Assembly (NCBI GenBank): GCA_934644965.1
Contig: CAKUDG010000005.1
Location: 264 to 64,263 of the forward strand
Reading direction: 5' to 3'
DNA: 64,000 nucleotides
Source of the DNA: an uncultured Victivallales bacterium
GTDB lineage: Bacteria > Verrucomicrobiota > Lentisphaeria > Victivallales > UBA1829
A program made the position numbers and the translations under genes. Below the pieces are notes generated by a model, which was given only the letters and a program-made list of their open reading frames with translations, was not told where the DNA came from and did not search any database. This document shows positions 1 to 9,277 of the stretch, one piece after another; the first letter of the stretch is position 1; each line of letters starts with the position of its first letter.

Positions 1-82
1 CCTTGACCTCGAGAAAAATGCTCATCGCATTTTTCCGTATTTTTGTTGCTTCGCAAATTTTTATTTTCTTTTGCTTCGCCCC

Positions 83-967
83 TTATACAGCGAAGGCTCC
101 GCCACGCCACTCCTTTTCCTTCGCGGAAAAAAGCTGGACACAGCCGATTTCCTCAAAAGAAGCACGCACAGAGTCATATTCGGAATCAAGGATTCCCGCC
201 AGAATCAGACGCCCACCAGGCTTGACAAGAGAAAGAAGTTTCCTTCGTCCCGCTATCAGAGCGGAAGAAAGAATGTTCGCCGCCACAATGTCATACACTT
301 CGGAATCCGTATAATCTTCCAGTGAAGCCGCAACAATCGGGAAGCTGGAATCGGGAATCCCGTTTTTTCTGGCGTTTTCCCTTGCGACAGGAAGAGTCTC
401 CGGATCAATGTCAAAGGCCCGCACAGGACGACACCCCAGATGATAAGCCGCAATGGAAAGAATTCCCGAACCGGATCCCGCATCCAGCATGGAAAGACCT
501 CCGGAGGATTCATGGACAAAACGATCCAGTGCCGTCAGACAGAAACGGGTTGTCGCATGCTGCCCGGTCCCGAAACTCATGCCTGGATCCAGTTCCAGCA
601 CCACCTGCCCCGGACGGGCATCCCAGATTTCCCAGGAAGGTTTCACAGCAAGACGTTCCGATATTTCCAGAGGCTTGAAATGTATTTTCCAAGACTCCGC
701 CCAATCCTCCTTCTTCAGGGGAGAAAGTGAAAAATCCCGTACCGATATCCCGAAGTCTTCCCAGAGTCCGGCCTCCGAATCAAGGCGTTTCAGCGCGGAA
801 GACGCCTCTTCCGGGGTCTGGAAATACAGGGTGTGTTTGACAATGCCGCTTTCCTCATCCTTCCAGGAGCTCACATTGTCGTAAAGTGCGGAAAGAAGTT
901 CCGCGGCGGCGCCGCGGGTTTCCGAAGCATCCGTCATCGTCACGCAGTAAAGCATAGAGCCGTCCAT
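83..967 (-). CDS. prmA: ribosomal protein L11 methyltransferase
   Basis: ORF 83..1012. PrmA-type segment LELDPGMSFGTGQHATT followed by SAM-binding LDAGSGSGILSIAAYHLG and DIDPETLPVARENARKNGI. Start moved to ATG 967 (MDGSMLY), which has GGAGAAAGG upstream; ATG 1012 has no usable RBS. Confidence 0.9.
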   Translation of the reverse strand: MDGSMLYCVTMTDASETRGAAAELLSALYDNVSSWKDEESGIVKHTLYFQTPEEASSALKRLDSEAGLWEDFGISVRDFSLSPLKKEDWAESWKIHFKPLEISERLAVKPSWEIWDARPGQVVLELDPGMSFGTGQHATTRFCLTALDRFVHESSGGLSMLDAGSGSGILSIAAYHLGCRPVRAFDIDPETLPVARENARKNGIPDSSFPIVAASLEDYTDSEVYDIVAANILSSALIAGRRKLLSLVKPGGRLILAGILDSEYDSVRASFEEIGCVQLFSAKEKEWRGGAFAV

Positions 968-1119
968 CTTGAAACGCCTTTCTCCCAGAACGTCCTCCGG
1001 GTGTCTTCGCATCCGCGTAATATACTTTCCGGAAACTCCTTTTCAAAGTTGCGTACCGGGATTTTCATGATATATTGAACAGCGTTTCATACTGCTGCAG
1101 ACAGGAAATATCTTCAGAA

Positions 1120-1863
1120 ATGACGGAATATGTCTTGAACTTCTCAGATTCGGAACGCTTCCCTTATGGAATTCGCCGTTCCGACCGGGCATCCAGAATG
1201 ACAATCCGCATTCTGCCCGGTCCGAGGATCGAAGTCGTCCTTCCCCGCTTCGTTGCGGAGGAAGAGGCGCACCGATTCATCCGGAAGGAATCCGCATGGG
1301 TCAGAACAACTTTCCGGAAAATGGAGAAAAAAGAGAAATCTCCTTCCCGCAGAAAACAGCAGCCAGGACATCCCGATGAGCTCCATTTCCTGCTCACTGG
1401 AAAGCGATATCGGATTCATTATCTCTGGCGGGACGTGCCGTGGACCGGGGCAAGAATCCGCGATCCGGAAAATATCGACGTCACGGGAAACATTCTGCCT
1501 CCGGAAAACTGCCGTGCCGCCCTCACGGACCTGATCCGGAGAACTGCCGAAACACTCCTCCCACCCATGCTCTCCGAACTGGCCGCGCAGCATGGATTCA
1601 CTTATTCCTCCGCCACAGTGCGCCTGCAGAAACGGCGCTGGGGGAGCTGCTCTTCCAGAGGAGCCATCTCCTTGAACGCATTCCTGATTTTCTTCCCCCC
1701 GGAACTGGTGGAATATGTGCTTCTCCACGAACTCTGCCATCTCCGGAAAATGAATCATTCTTCCGAATTCTGGCAGGAACTCGAACGGATCTGCCCGGAT
1801 GCGCTGAAACGGAGGAAAAGCCTGAACTTCCACAGCCGTCTCCTGCCCTGGGATCCCAGATGA
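1120..1863 (+). CDS. YgjP/DUF45-type zinc metallohydrolase (M48-like)
   Basis: HExxH within LLHELCHLRKMNHSSEFW near the C-terminus, as in the DUF45 family. The ORF opens at TTG 1075; the first ATG is at 1120 (MTEYVLNF). Confidence 0.8.
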   Translation: MTEYVLNFSDSERFPYGIRRSDRASRMTIRILPGPRIEVVLPRFVAEEEAHRFIRKESAWVRTTFRKMEKKEKSPSRRKQQPGHPDELHFLLTGKRYRIHYLWRDVPWTGARIRDPENIDVTGNILPPENCRAALTDLIRRTAETLLPPMLSELAAQHGFTYSSATVRLQKRRWGSCSSRGAISLNAFLIFFPPELVEYVLLHELCHLRKMNHSSEFWQELERICPDALKRRKSLNFHSRLLPWDPR

Positions 1864-1928
1864 CACAATCCCGCTGCTTCAAGGGGAAAAGAGGAAAACA
1901 GGGAAAGGGAAAAGGGATGAAGGGAAAC

Positions 1929-2702
1929 TCAGTACTGATATTTGAACATGTTGGAAGGGACGTTACCGGTCATATAGTTCCGATAGGCTTCAATGGAGGA
2001 CATGTTTTCAACGTGGCCGTCAAAGAAGAGAAGATTCACCGTAAGGTTGTGTCTTCCGTTCACCCAGTCGATCATGGCTTTTTCCCCGGTGAAAGACCTG
2101 GCCGACGACACTCTCCCGGAACCCGAGGGCTCCGGCGCGTTTGCCGTTGACTCATACAAAAGCACCTTCCGTCCCGGATTTTTCACGGCTGCCAGTGGAA
2201 TCGCCCTATTATCCGGAGAACTGATCCCGATATAGCCTATCAGCTGATAAAAATAGCTGTTGTCATCCCCCAAAGCTCCATCCCCATTCTCCCATGATCC
2301 TGACGGACACAGGAAAATGGTCGGAGCGCGGCGGTCAGAGGAAAAGGATGACCTGTACAAAGCCGATCCCCGTTTGTAATCATACCCGGACGCCCCGTAA
2401 GCGCGGTTTTTCCATCCCATGGAATTCCCCAGCAAAGCATACCAGAACCAGTTGGTCTGCCAGTGGTAGGACAATCCGTCCGGAACCAGACAATGGGGCG
2501 CGAATACACTTCCGCAGCCGTCGACATAATACATCTGAAAAATTCCGATCTGTCTTTCCTGCGAAATGCACGCCGCCTTCCGCGCCATTTCCCTGGCCTT
2601 GTTCAGCGAGGGCAGAAGCAGAGACGCAAGAATCGCGATGATCGCAATCACCACCAGAAGTTCTATCAAAGTAAAACTCCGTTTCAAAAATTTCCCTTTC
2701 AT
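1929..2702 (-). CDS. pseudopilin-like protein, prepilin-type N-terminal cleavage/methylation domain + H-X9-DG motif (paralog A)
   Basis: N-terminus [33 protein letters not shown] (TIGR02532-type motif). C-terminal [15 protein letters not shown] matches H-X9-DG (TIGR04294-type). Confidence 0.9.
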   Translation of the reverse strand: MKGKFLKRSFTLIELLVVIAIIAILASLLLPSLNKAREMARKAACISQERQIGIFQMYYVDGCGSVFAPHCLVPDGLSYHWQTNWFWYALLGNSMGWKNRAYGASGYDYKRGSALYRSSFSSDRRAPTIFLCPSGSWENGDGALGDDNSYFYQLIGYIGISSPDNRAIPLAAVKNPGRKVLLYESTANAPEPSGSGRVSSARSFTGEKAMIDWVNGRHNLTVNLLFFDGHVENMSSIEAYRNYMTGNVPSNMFKYQY

Positions 2703-2869
2703 AACCAGATCCTTTTCCTGTTCTTTGAAAAAATACGATTTGATCTTTACGTTTGATCTCTCTTGTTCCTGTTTTTTCGTCCTGTACCCAGCCCCGGGGA
2801 ATCTCGCTTGTCAAACAAAGCCGGGACTGGATCAAAGCCATCTCAGGAAAAACGAATGAAAAGGGATAT

Positions 2870-2891
2870 GAGGAAAGCGCTCTGTTTCCTC
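2870..2891 (-). terminator. candidate hairpin terminator after paralog B
   Basis: On the minus strand, GAGGAAA-cagagcgc-TTTCCTC (7 bp stem) lies 41 nt after the paralog B stop. It is followed by the U-rich ATATCCCTTTTCATTCGTTTTT. Confidence 0.35.
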
Positions 2892-2931
2892 CCGGCGGCA
2901 GACCGCCCTGCCCATTTCTGCTTCAGTATCG

Positions 2932-3684
2932 TCATTTCAGATTGAACATAGCGGATTCACCATTCTTCGATTTCTGATATTCCAGAATCAGAGTGTCAAT
3001 CGCATACGTTGTAACATGACCGTCCAGGAACAAGGCGTTGTCAGTCCGGTTGTGCCGCCCGAAATAAAAGTCGTTGTAATTCCGCGAATCGTCAAGAAAA
3101 TTTGCCGTGCCGGCGTAAGGGGTGCTTCCGGCTCCGGCAAGCTGCCAGTTGCTGTTTCCCGTATATTCCGTCAGAAGAATTTTTTCTGAAAGCCGTTTTA
3201 ATTCATGAACTTTAGTATATTTTGAAATCGGAGACCCATATCCGTTTGCCTGATAAAAATAATGCTCAGAATAATTAAAGTCTCCTTTCCTATTGGTATC
3301 TATCACACCTGAGGGACACATGAAGATGGGTTTTGTCCCCAGCGGCGGCATGCTCCGGGGGATGTAAAGAGAGTAGTCGGGATCCCTTGTGCTCTGCCGG
3401 AGAACATATCCTTCATTTCTCCCCAGCAGAGAATACCATGTATGAGGAATAGTTAATCCATCACGAGTCATCCACTGGAAATTCGGGGGAATGTAGGAGA
3501 ATGCGTTCTGATAATTGTCATAAAAGAGATGGAGCTGTTTCAGCCTGGAAATGCAGATCGCCCGTTCTCCGGCAATCTTCGCCTTCTGAAGCGAGGGCAG
3601 AAGCAGAGACGCAAGAATCGCGATGATCGCTATCACCACCAGAAGTTCTATCAGGGTAAAACTCCGTTTCCAGTTTCCCTTCAT
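2932..3684 (-). CDS. pseudopilin-like protein, prepilin-type N-terminus + H-X9-DG (paralog B)
   Basis: [32 protein letters not shown] at the N-terminus; [15 protein letters not shown] near the C-terminus. The start context TATATTTTCAAAGGAAA..AGGAT resembles that of paralog A. Confidence 0.9.
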   Translation of the reverse strand: MKGNWKRSFTLIELLVVIAIIAILASLLLPSLQKAKIAGERAICISRLKQLHLFYDNYQNAFSYIPPNFQWMTRDGLTIPHTWYSLLGRNEGYVLRQSTRDPDYSLYIPRSMPPLGTKPIFMCPSGVIDTNRKGDFNYSEHYFYQANGYGSPISKYTKVHELKRLSEKILLTEYTGNSNWQLAGAGSTPYAGTANFLDDSRNYNDFYFGRHNRTDNALFLDGHVTTYAIDTLILEYQKSKNGESAMFNLK

Positions 3685-4024
3685 TTTCTGAATCCTCTTT
3701 ATTTCCTTTGAAAATATAGTTTATTCCTGTGATCTCATTTCTGTTCTTCTCCGGAGTCGCTCCCCTGAGGAATCCCGACAGTATCCTTTCTGATCAACGG
3801 AAGATCAGAAGGGGGAAGAAAATTCCCGCAAGAGCCACATCTCCTGCTCTCCGAAGAGAACAAGAACAGGGCAGCAAAAACAAATTCATGGCATCGGATG
3901 AACCTGCAACGGCAAAATTCCCGTTTCGTCCAGTACTCTATAACTTTGCATCGAAAAATCCTGTTTGTCAAACAAAGCCGAGGCAGAACCAACGTCTTCT
4001 CAGAAAAAACAAACCGAAAAGACA

Positions 4025-4075
4025 TCAAAAAACAACAAACAAAGTAAAATTCCGTTTCAAAAACTTTCCTTTCCA
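4025..4075 (-). pseudogene. decayed 5' relic of a pseudopilin paralog (first ~12 codons only)
   Basis: Minus strand TGGAAAGGAAAGTTTTTGAAACGGAATTTTACTTTG matches the first 36 nt of paralog A (ATGAAAGGGAAATTTTTGAAACGGAGTTTTACTTTG) at 31/36. ATG is replaced by TGG. The frame reads WKGKFLKRNFTLFVVF-stop. Confidence 0.5.
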
Positions 4076-4295
4076 AGCTTTTTTCTCATCAGAAATGTTT
4101 GACTGAAACTTTTCCTGAGAATTCAATGCTCCGAAGGAATGTACAAAACTCTCCATATTCGTCCCCCTCATTCCCGGAAGTTCTTTCCAGAGAAGAGAGC
4201 CGTGCGGGAATGAGGGGAAAGACAAAATCCATGCATCATTCAGGAAGGAAGAATGTCCATCAGGACAACCTTCCCCCCCCCCGAGAAGAAAAAAA

Positions 4296-5444
4296 CTAGT
4301 CTTCATCCTGTCCTGCAATCACCTTGGAAAGATGCGTCACATACTGCTCATAAAGACTCCGGTAATAGCCGCTTCGTATTTTGTCCCTGGCCATTTCCAT
4401 TGCGGAAAGAGCCTCCGGGTATTTCCCGGCGCCGAAATACGCCTTCGCAAGAAGAAAATACTGGAAATGGTTGACGGCGTTGGCAGGAAGCTTTTCCTGA
4501 TTCAGTGCCTTGGATATGAGTTCGGATGCCGCGGCATAGTCGCCCCTCTTCATGGCGACTTCACCTCGGAGGCATTCCACGGGAACCGTGTTTGCGGGAA
4601 CCATTTTGATTTTCTCAAACTCCTTCATGGTTTCCTCCGCGCCGTCAAGATCCCCCGTCAGAACCTGGGTTTCCGCCAGATTGAGGATATTCCGGTAGGA
4701 GGACTGGCATTCAAGAGCCTTCCGGTAGGCTTCCACCGCTTTCTTCTGGAAAACGGGAGTCAGGTGTTCCTCATAATAGTTCACGCGCTGAAGAAAAGTC
4801 CTTGCAAGCAGGGCATAATAGCTGCTCCGGACCTGCGGGGGAATGCTTTCATCATCCGGATTCAGACTTTCCAGAAAGGAAAGCCGTTCCGGTACAGGAA
4901 AAGCATTCGCACGGATCAGATTCGCCTGCAGAAGTTCCTTCGCCCCCATTCTGGGATCGGCAACGGCCAGATCCCAGATCTGGTACTGCGTAACCCCTTT
5001 TTCGCGATGGCGCCGGAGCAGATCCGCTTTTCTTCCATAAATCAAATAACACTGTTCCGGAGTGACTTCTTTCCGGGCAAGAAGCTGATCCAGAAAGGCG
5101 TTCCCTTCCGCAAAGGTTTTGAAATACAGAGCCTTCTCAAGGGAAAGACGGAACTCCTGATCCCAGTCTGTCCGGGCGGCCTCCATTGCGGAATCCAGAA
5201 TGCGCAGAGCTGCGTCGGAATCCGAATTCTTCCGGAATGCATCACGGGCCTCCGTCATCGCTCTTCCCACGATTTCACGGGGGACAGGAGCCTTTGTTTT
5301 TTTCTGTTGCACAGGCGGCTTCGGAGCCGGCGGTTTGGCCGCTTCCGGTTTTGCTTCCGGCTTCGCCTGCGGCGCTTCAGCTGCAGAGAGAAGCAGAGGG
5401 GAAAGACAGAGAGAAGATATCAGAAAAAGAATCACTCTTTTCAT
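4296..5444 (-). CDS. secreted TPR-like repeat protein with Pro/Ala/Lys-rich linker
   Basis: Signal peptide MKRVILFLISSLCLSPLLLSAAEA, then an (PEAK)-like linker and helical repeats (e.g. GDYAAASELISKALN, AYFGAGKYPEALSAMEMA). ATG 5444 has AAAGGAG 10 nt upstream; the ORF opens at GTG 5465. Confidence 0.8.
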   Translation of the reverse strand: MKRVILFLISSLCLSPLLLSAAEAPQAKPEAKPEAAKPPAPKPPVQQKKTKAPVPREIVGRAMTEARDAFRKNSDSDAALRILDSAMEAARTDWDQEFRLSLEKALYFKTFAEGNAFLDQLLARKEVTPEQCYLIYGRKADLLRRHREKGVTQYQIWDLAVADPRMGAKELLQANLIRANAFPVPERLSFLESLNPDDESIPPQVRSSYYALLARTFLQRVNYYEEHLTPVFQKKAVEAYRKALECQSSYRNILNLAETQVLTGDLDGAEETMKEFEKIKMVPANTVPVECLRGEVAMKRGDYAAASELISKALNQEKLPANAVNHFQYFLLAKAYFGAGKYPEALSAMEMARDKIRSGYYRSLYEQYVTHLSKVIAGQDED

Positions 5445-5451
5445 CGGGCAA

Positions 5452-6546
5452 TCACTCCTTTTCACTCATCCATTTTTGTTTCAGATACTTGGCAAACGCC
5501 TCCTCCAGATCGTACTGGAACTGGATCAGCGCGGCGGATGCCTTCTTGTAGAAGCGGTCCTGTTCTTCGGGAGAGAGAGTATCCATTGCGGCAATCTGTG
5601 CGCCGAGTGCATCGCGCTCCGCCGCCATGGGCTTCATCCATTCTTCCGCGAAATCGCGGTACTCCGCAAAATTGTTGTAGGAACGCTCCGACTTCGGCAG
5701 AGCGGCGCGGTAGGGTTCCTTGAGATCGGGGGTTTTGGCGGGATCCACGCGCCGGAAGGCCGCCTTGTAGTCGTTCCACGCATGGTAAAGGACATTTTTG
5801 CGGATCGCGAGCTTCTGTTCCGGGGTGAAATCCGGCCACTGGATGTAGCCCGCGCGGCTGAGTTCATGCACGACTCCGCCCCAGGTCTGGCCGCCGCCGG
5901 GACTGAAACGGATCACGGACAAACGCCAGTAATTGTTCCGCTTCCCGTCGTCCAGGGGCAGCATGTTCCAGGCAAAGGTCCAGGGCACAAAGATACGCAG
6001 CATCACCCCGTTGGAAACGATTTTCGATTCCAGGCGGAGATATGATTCCAGAGATTCAAAATTCCGGTCGTTCACCAGCCAGGGGAAGAAGCGGACTTCC
6101 GGTTTGATCGGATCACTGATGATGAACTGGTTGTAATGGACGATCTCTTCATTGTCGCAGTCTCCGGGCGCGAAAAAGAGTTCCAGCGTGCAGGAGGGGA
6201 AGGCTTTTCCCTCGGCCAGATATTTTTTCATGTCCGGTTCGCCGGCAAAGATCAGGAGAGTGAATCCCTCGCTGTCGCAGAACATGCTGATCGCGGTCGG
6301 GCGCTGGCCCTCAATGGTTTTTCCCGCGGAGACGTCCCGCTGGTAGGCGGGGTCCGTAAAGAGCATCGCCGCGCTCTCCTTGCTGTATGGACGGAAATTG
6401 AAGTTCCATTTCACCGAAGGATCGGAAAGCAGCCGTTCAAAATCCCCGCCGACGCTCCGGTACGATACTGGCAGGAAATTCTTCCCGGCGGCATGCCCCG
6501 CCGCGGACAGACACAGAACGGCAAAAAGTATCAAAACGGATTTCAT
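5452..6546 (-). CDS. secreted protein of unknown function (possible CBM9/DOMON-like sugar-binding fold)
   Basis: Signal peptide MKSVLILFAVLCLSAAGHAAG. The segment TLELFFAPGD...VHYNQFIISD resembles CBM9-like domains, by recollection only. Its ATG overlaps the upstream stop (ATGA at 6543-6546). Confidence 0.75.
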   Translation of the reverse strand: MKSVLILFAVLCLSAAGHAAGKNFLPVSYRSVGGDFERLLSDPSVKWNFNFRPYSKESAAMLFTDPAYQRDVSAGKTIEGQRPTAISMFCDSEGFTLLIFAGEPDMKKYLAEGKAFPSCTLELFFAPGDCDNEEIVHYNQFIISDPIKPEVRFFPWLVNDRNFESLESYLRLESKIVSNGVMLRIFVPWTFAWNMLPLDDGKRNNYWRLSVIRFSPGGGQTWGGVVHELSRAGYIQWPDFTPEQKLAIRKNVLYHAWNDYKAAFRRVDPAKTPDLKEPYRAALPKSERSYNNFAEYRDFAEEWMKPMAAERDALGAQIAAMDTLSPEEQDRFYKKASAALIQFQYDLEEAFAKYLKQKWMSEKE

Positions 6547-9188
6547 GGCAGTTTCACTCCGTGTTTTTTGTAAAGGTCAAGCAGAATGCAGATGCGGTGT
6601 GCGGCGGAAAGACGGACATAGTCCAGATCCCCGCGGTCCGGCGAAATCCGGGAGAACCAGATCAGCTGCCGGCGGCCCTCGCGGACCAGTTCCTCCACAC
6701 CGCTCTCGCGCGCCTTTTCCGCAAGAATCTTCCCGAGACTCACATAACGAATGTCGTCAAAGGCTTCGCGAAGTCCTTCGAGGGCGATGGTGTTGATCAC
6801 GCCGTCGGAGGTGGGATAGGTCATGGCAAAATTCCGGTAGTTGCCGTCGCGGTCGTCAAAGAATTCGTTGAAGCGTCTGCGGGCGGCGAAACCGTGAATC
6901 ATGCTTCCATCGTAATTGTTCATGTACATCCACATGCCCACCCGGCGGCGGAAGATCAGCGGATTCTCGGCTCCCGGGAACGGACGGGCGTAGTTCATGA
7001 TGAGCGCTCCGCCCGCATGCCAGTGCTCCGCCTCGTCTTTTTCCACAGCGGTGCGGACAATCATGTCCTGAATGTCTCCGACGAAATCCAGATTGTTGAT
7101 CCCCATACCCGTCACACGGATCTTCCCGCCATGACGTTTCACCACAGTCCAGGTCGGTTCCTGCAGGTAATACAAGGAATTGTAGGAGGATGCCTCATCG
7201 ATTCCGTACATGTACACATCCCGGTGTCCATAGGCTTTTTCATGTCTCGCAAGAAATTCCTCCACTTCCTCTCCATAGTCGGACATTTCCTTTTCAAAGA
7301 CTTCCGTGGTCCGTTCCTCCGGTTTCGTCCGGTTCCAGCTCTGGCTTGTGGAACTTCCCGCAAAAATGGGGCGCAGCGGCATGCCCAGGGATTTCCGGAC
7401 GCGGACTTCTTTTTCAAACATCTCCTTGTTCGGCATGAAGGCTCCTGTCGGATAGAGCATGTTGTGCTCCTTCATGATCTTGAATTCCGCACGAAGCCGG
7501 TCTTCAGAAGTTTTCTGATTCTGAATCGCCATCCCATGGGAAAAGTTTCCGAAGAAGCGGCGGGAGGTGTCATAACTGGTCCGCGCTTCCGGAAGCTGGA
7601 AAGGAAAAACACGCACGGAAAGAGCAAGAGTGCCGACGCTTTTTCCATCCGCAGTCATGGATAGCGTTCCGCGATAAAGTCCGCCGGGGGTGTTCTCCGG
7701 CACGTGCAGCGTCAGCCAGTACTGCTGATTCTTCCCCGCCTCCGGCAGAGTGAGCGGAAGAAGCTGCGGAGCATCGCGGAAGGGAAGAAGATCCGGATCA
7801 AATGAGGAAATCGAAGTCGATTCGCGGCGGCTGGCATCGAAATAGACGGACCCTTCAGGATAATCCAGGCGGATCTCGTTGGTCCGGCGGATTTCATCGA
7901 CTCTGACGAGCGAATCATCGTTCAGCAGCAGGTCAGGCGTCAAGAAACGTCCGCGGCGGTCGGCATGATAGTTCAGCCATGCTCCGCCCGCGCGGTACCA
8001 GCGCTTCACCAGTTTGAGATCCAGAGCCGATGCGGGGATTTCCGCGCCTCCGGGCCCCTTCAGCGCGGAAGCCGTCACATGAAACTTTTCCAGCGCCTGG
8101 AACGGAATCACCAGAAACGAGGCGGATTCATATTCGCCCTGCGCCGCAAAGATTTCCAGCACTCCGCTCAGAGTCCCGTCTGCGGGGAGCTTCCAGGGAG
8201 TCCGGATTTCCTGGCTGATCGGGGGAACCGTATACACCGCCACAGGACCGGAGCAGGAGGCCTTGTTCGATGCATTCGGCATCTCGGCAGCCATCCGCTG
8301 CGCATTGCGGATTTTCTGTTCCAGCGCGTTCCACTGCCCTTCCGTCACGTCTTTGCGCCCGGAATACGATTCCAGGCGTTTCCCGAGTTCGTTCAGATAT
8401 TTCGTGAATGAGGGATTCGCCGTATATTTCCCCGCCTCGGAAAGAAGGTTCTTCAACACTTCCTTCTCCGCAGGGGCTTTCTGCTGCGGAGTCAGCCAGG
8501 AGGAATCCAGAGAGGCCTCGTAGAGACGGTATGCCGCCAGCGCGCCGTTGAAACGCGGAGTGAAGCGGACAGGGGAGGAAACCTTCGGCAGAAGAATGGT
8601 GGCATTGTCATTCTCATACTGCCAGACTCCATCCACATAGAAGGAAAGCCTCTGCTTGTTCATGGAGTAATTCCACGCGATATGATACCATTTGCCTTTC
8701 TCGAAACGGTCTTTGCTGCGCATGGTGATGTAAGGCCCGCGGAGATCGTCCTTCCCGCCGTAGAATCTCAGAACGATGTGCCCGTCCTTCTCCAGCACGC
8801 AGTCCAGCACGCCCATGGAGACGGATTCGGGAGTCTTTGACGCTTCTCCGAATTCATCGAAACGAATCCGGAAACTCCCGGAAGACTCGCTCATGTCCGG
8901 CACTTTTCCCCCTTCCGCGGCGGAAAGGAAGGGCTCCTCTCCTTTCTGAAAGACAATCCCCGGAATCCCGTCCGGTCCGGCCTGAGCTTTGACATTCTTC
9001 CCCGGCTGCAGAAGGATGCTTTTCTCCGATCCCTTCACGGAGGGAAGAAGTGCACCTTTTTCCTGGAAATCACAGGAAATCACCGCCTGAGGCTCGAGAG
9101 CCACCGAGGAAACGCTTCCCGACAACAGCAGAAGCGTCGTCAGGAAACAGGCGAAACGCTGTTTCATCTTTTTTTTCCTTTCCATCAT
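6543..9188 (-). CDS. secreted LamG/concanavalin-like domain protein with large glycosidase-like (GH123/DUF4091-like) C-terminal region
   Basis: Signal peptide MMERKKKMKQRFACFLTTLLLLSGSVSSVA. LamG-like GKWYHIAWNYSMNKQRLSFYVDGV. Central LEIFAAQGEYESASFLVIP...KLVKRWY pattern is typical of DUF4091/GH123-like proteins. Start could be 9212, 9188 or 9167. Confidence 0.8.
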   Translation of the reverse strand: MMERKKKMKQRFACFLTTLLLLSGSVSSVALEPQAVISCDFQEKGALLPSVKGSEKSILLQPGKNVKAQAGPDGIPGIVFQKGEEPFLSAAEGGKVPDMSESSGSFRIRFDEFGEASKTPESVSMGVLDCVLEKDGHIVLRFYGGKDDLRGPYITMRSKDRFEKGKWYHIAWNYSMNKQRLSFYVDGVWQYENDNATILLPKVSSPVRFTPRFNGALAAYRLYEASLDSSWLTPQQKAPAEKEVLKNLLSEAGKYTANPSFTKYLNELGKRLESYSGRKDVTEGQWNALEQKIRNAQRMAAEMPNASNKASCSGPVAVYTVPPISQEIRTPWKLPADGTLSGVLEIFAAQGEYESASFLVIPFQALEKFHVTASALKGPGGAEIPASALDLKLVKRWYRAGGAWLNYHADRRGRFLTPDLLLNDDSLVRVDEIRRTNEIRLDYPEGSVYFDASRRESTSISSFDPDLLPFRDAPQLLPLTLPEAGKNQQYWLTLHVPENTPGGLYRGTLSMTADGKSVGTLALSVRVFPFQLPEARTSYDTSRRFFGNFSHGMAIQNQKTSEDRLRAEFKIMKEHNMLYPTGAFMPNKEMFEKEVRVRKSLGMPLRPIFAGSSTSQSWNRTKPEERTTEVFEKEMSDYGEEVEEFLARHEKAYGHRDVYMYGIDEASSYNSLYYLQEPTWTVVKRHGGKIRVTGMGINNLDFVGDIQDMIVRTAVEKDEAEHWHAGGALIMNYARPFPGAENPLIFRRRVGMWMYMNNYDGSMIHGFAARRRFNEFFDDRDGNYRNFAMTYPTSDGVINTIALEGLREAFDDIRYVSLGKILAEKARESGVEELVREGRRQLIWFSRISPDRGDLDYVRLSAAHRICILLDLYKKHGVKLP

Positions 9189-9277
9189 TATATTTTCTGC
9201 TTTCCCTTCCATACTCCATATACTTCAACAGACAGAAAGGCGACGGGGACAACGGACGCCTTCCTTCTCTGCTTCCG

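Noticed and set aside
4332-5723. Long ORFs antisense to almost every real gene. Examples: 4332..5723, 6561..7664, 10649..11476, 12260..13312, 20653..21657, 23954..25546, 28489..29511, 30548..32047, 32208..34046, 34951..35946, 42600..43529, 48309..49859, 51240..52463, 52797..54176, 60702..62300 and 62706..63914.
   Set aside because: Each lies opposite a gene with clear family motifs. Their translations are R/G/P/F-rich with no motifs, and they lack RBS-linked starts. Stop-codon depletion on the antisense strand is expected for GC-rich, codon-biased genes.
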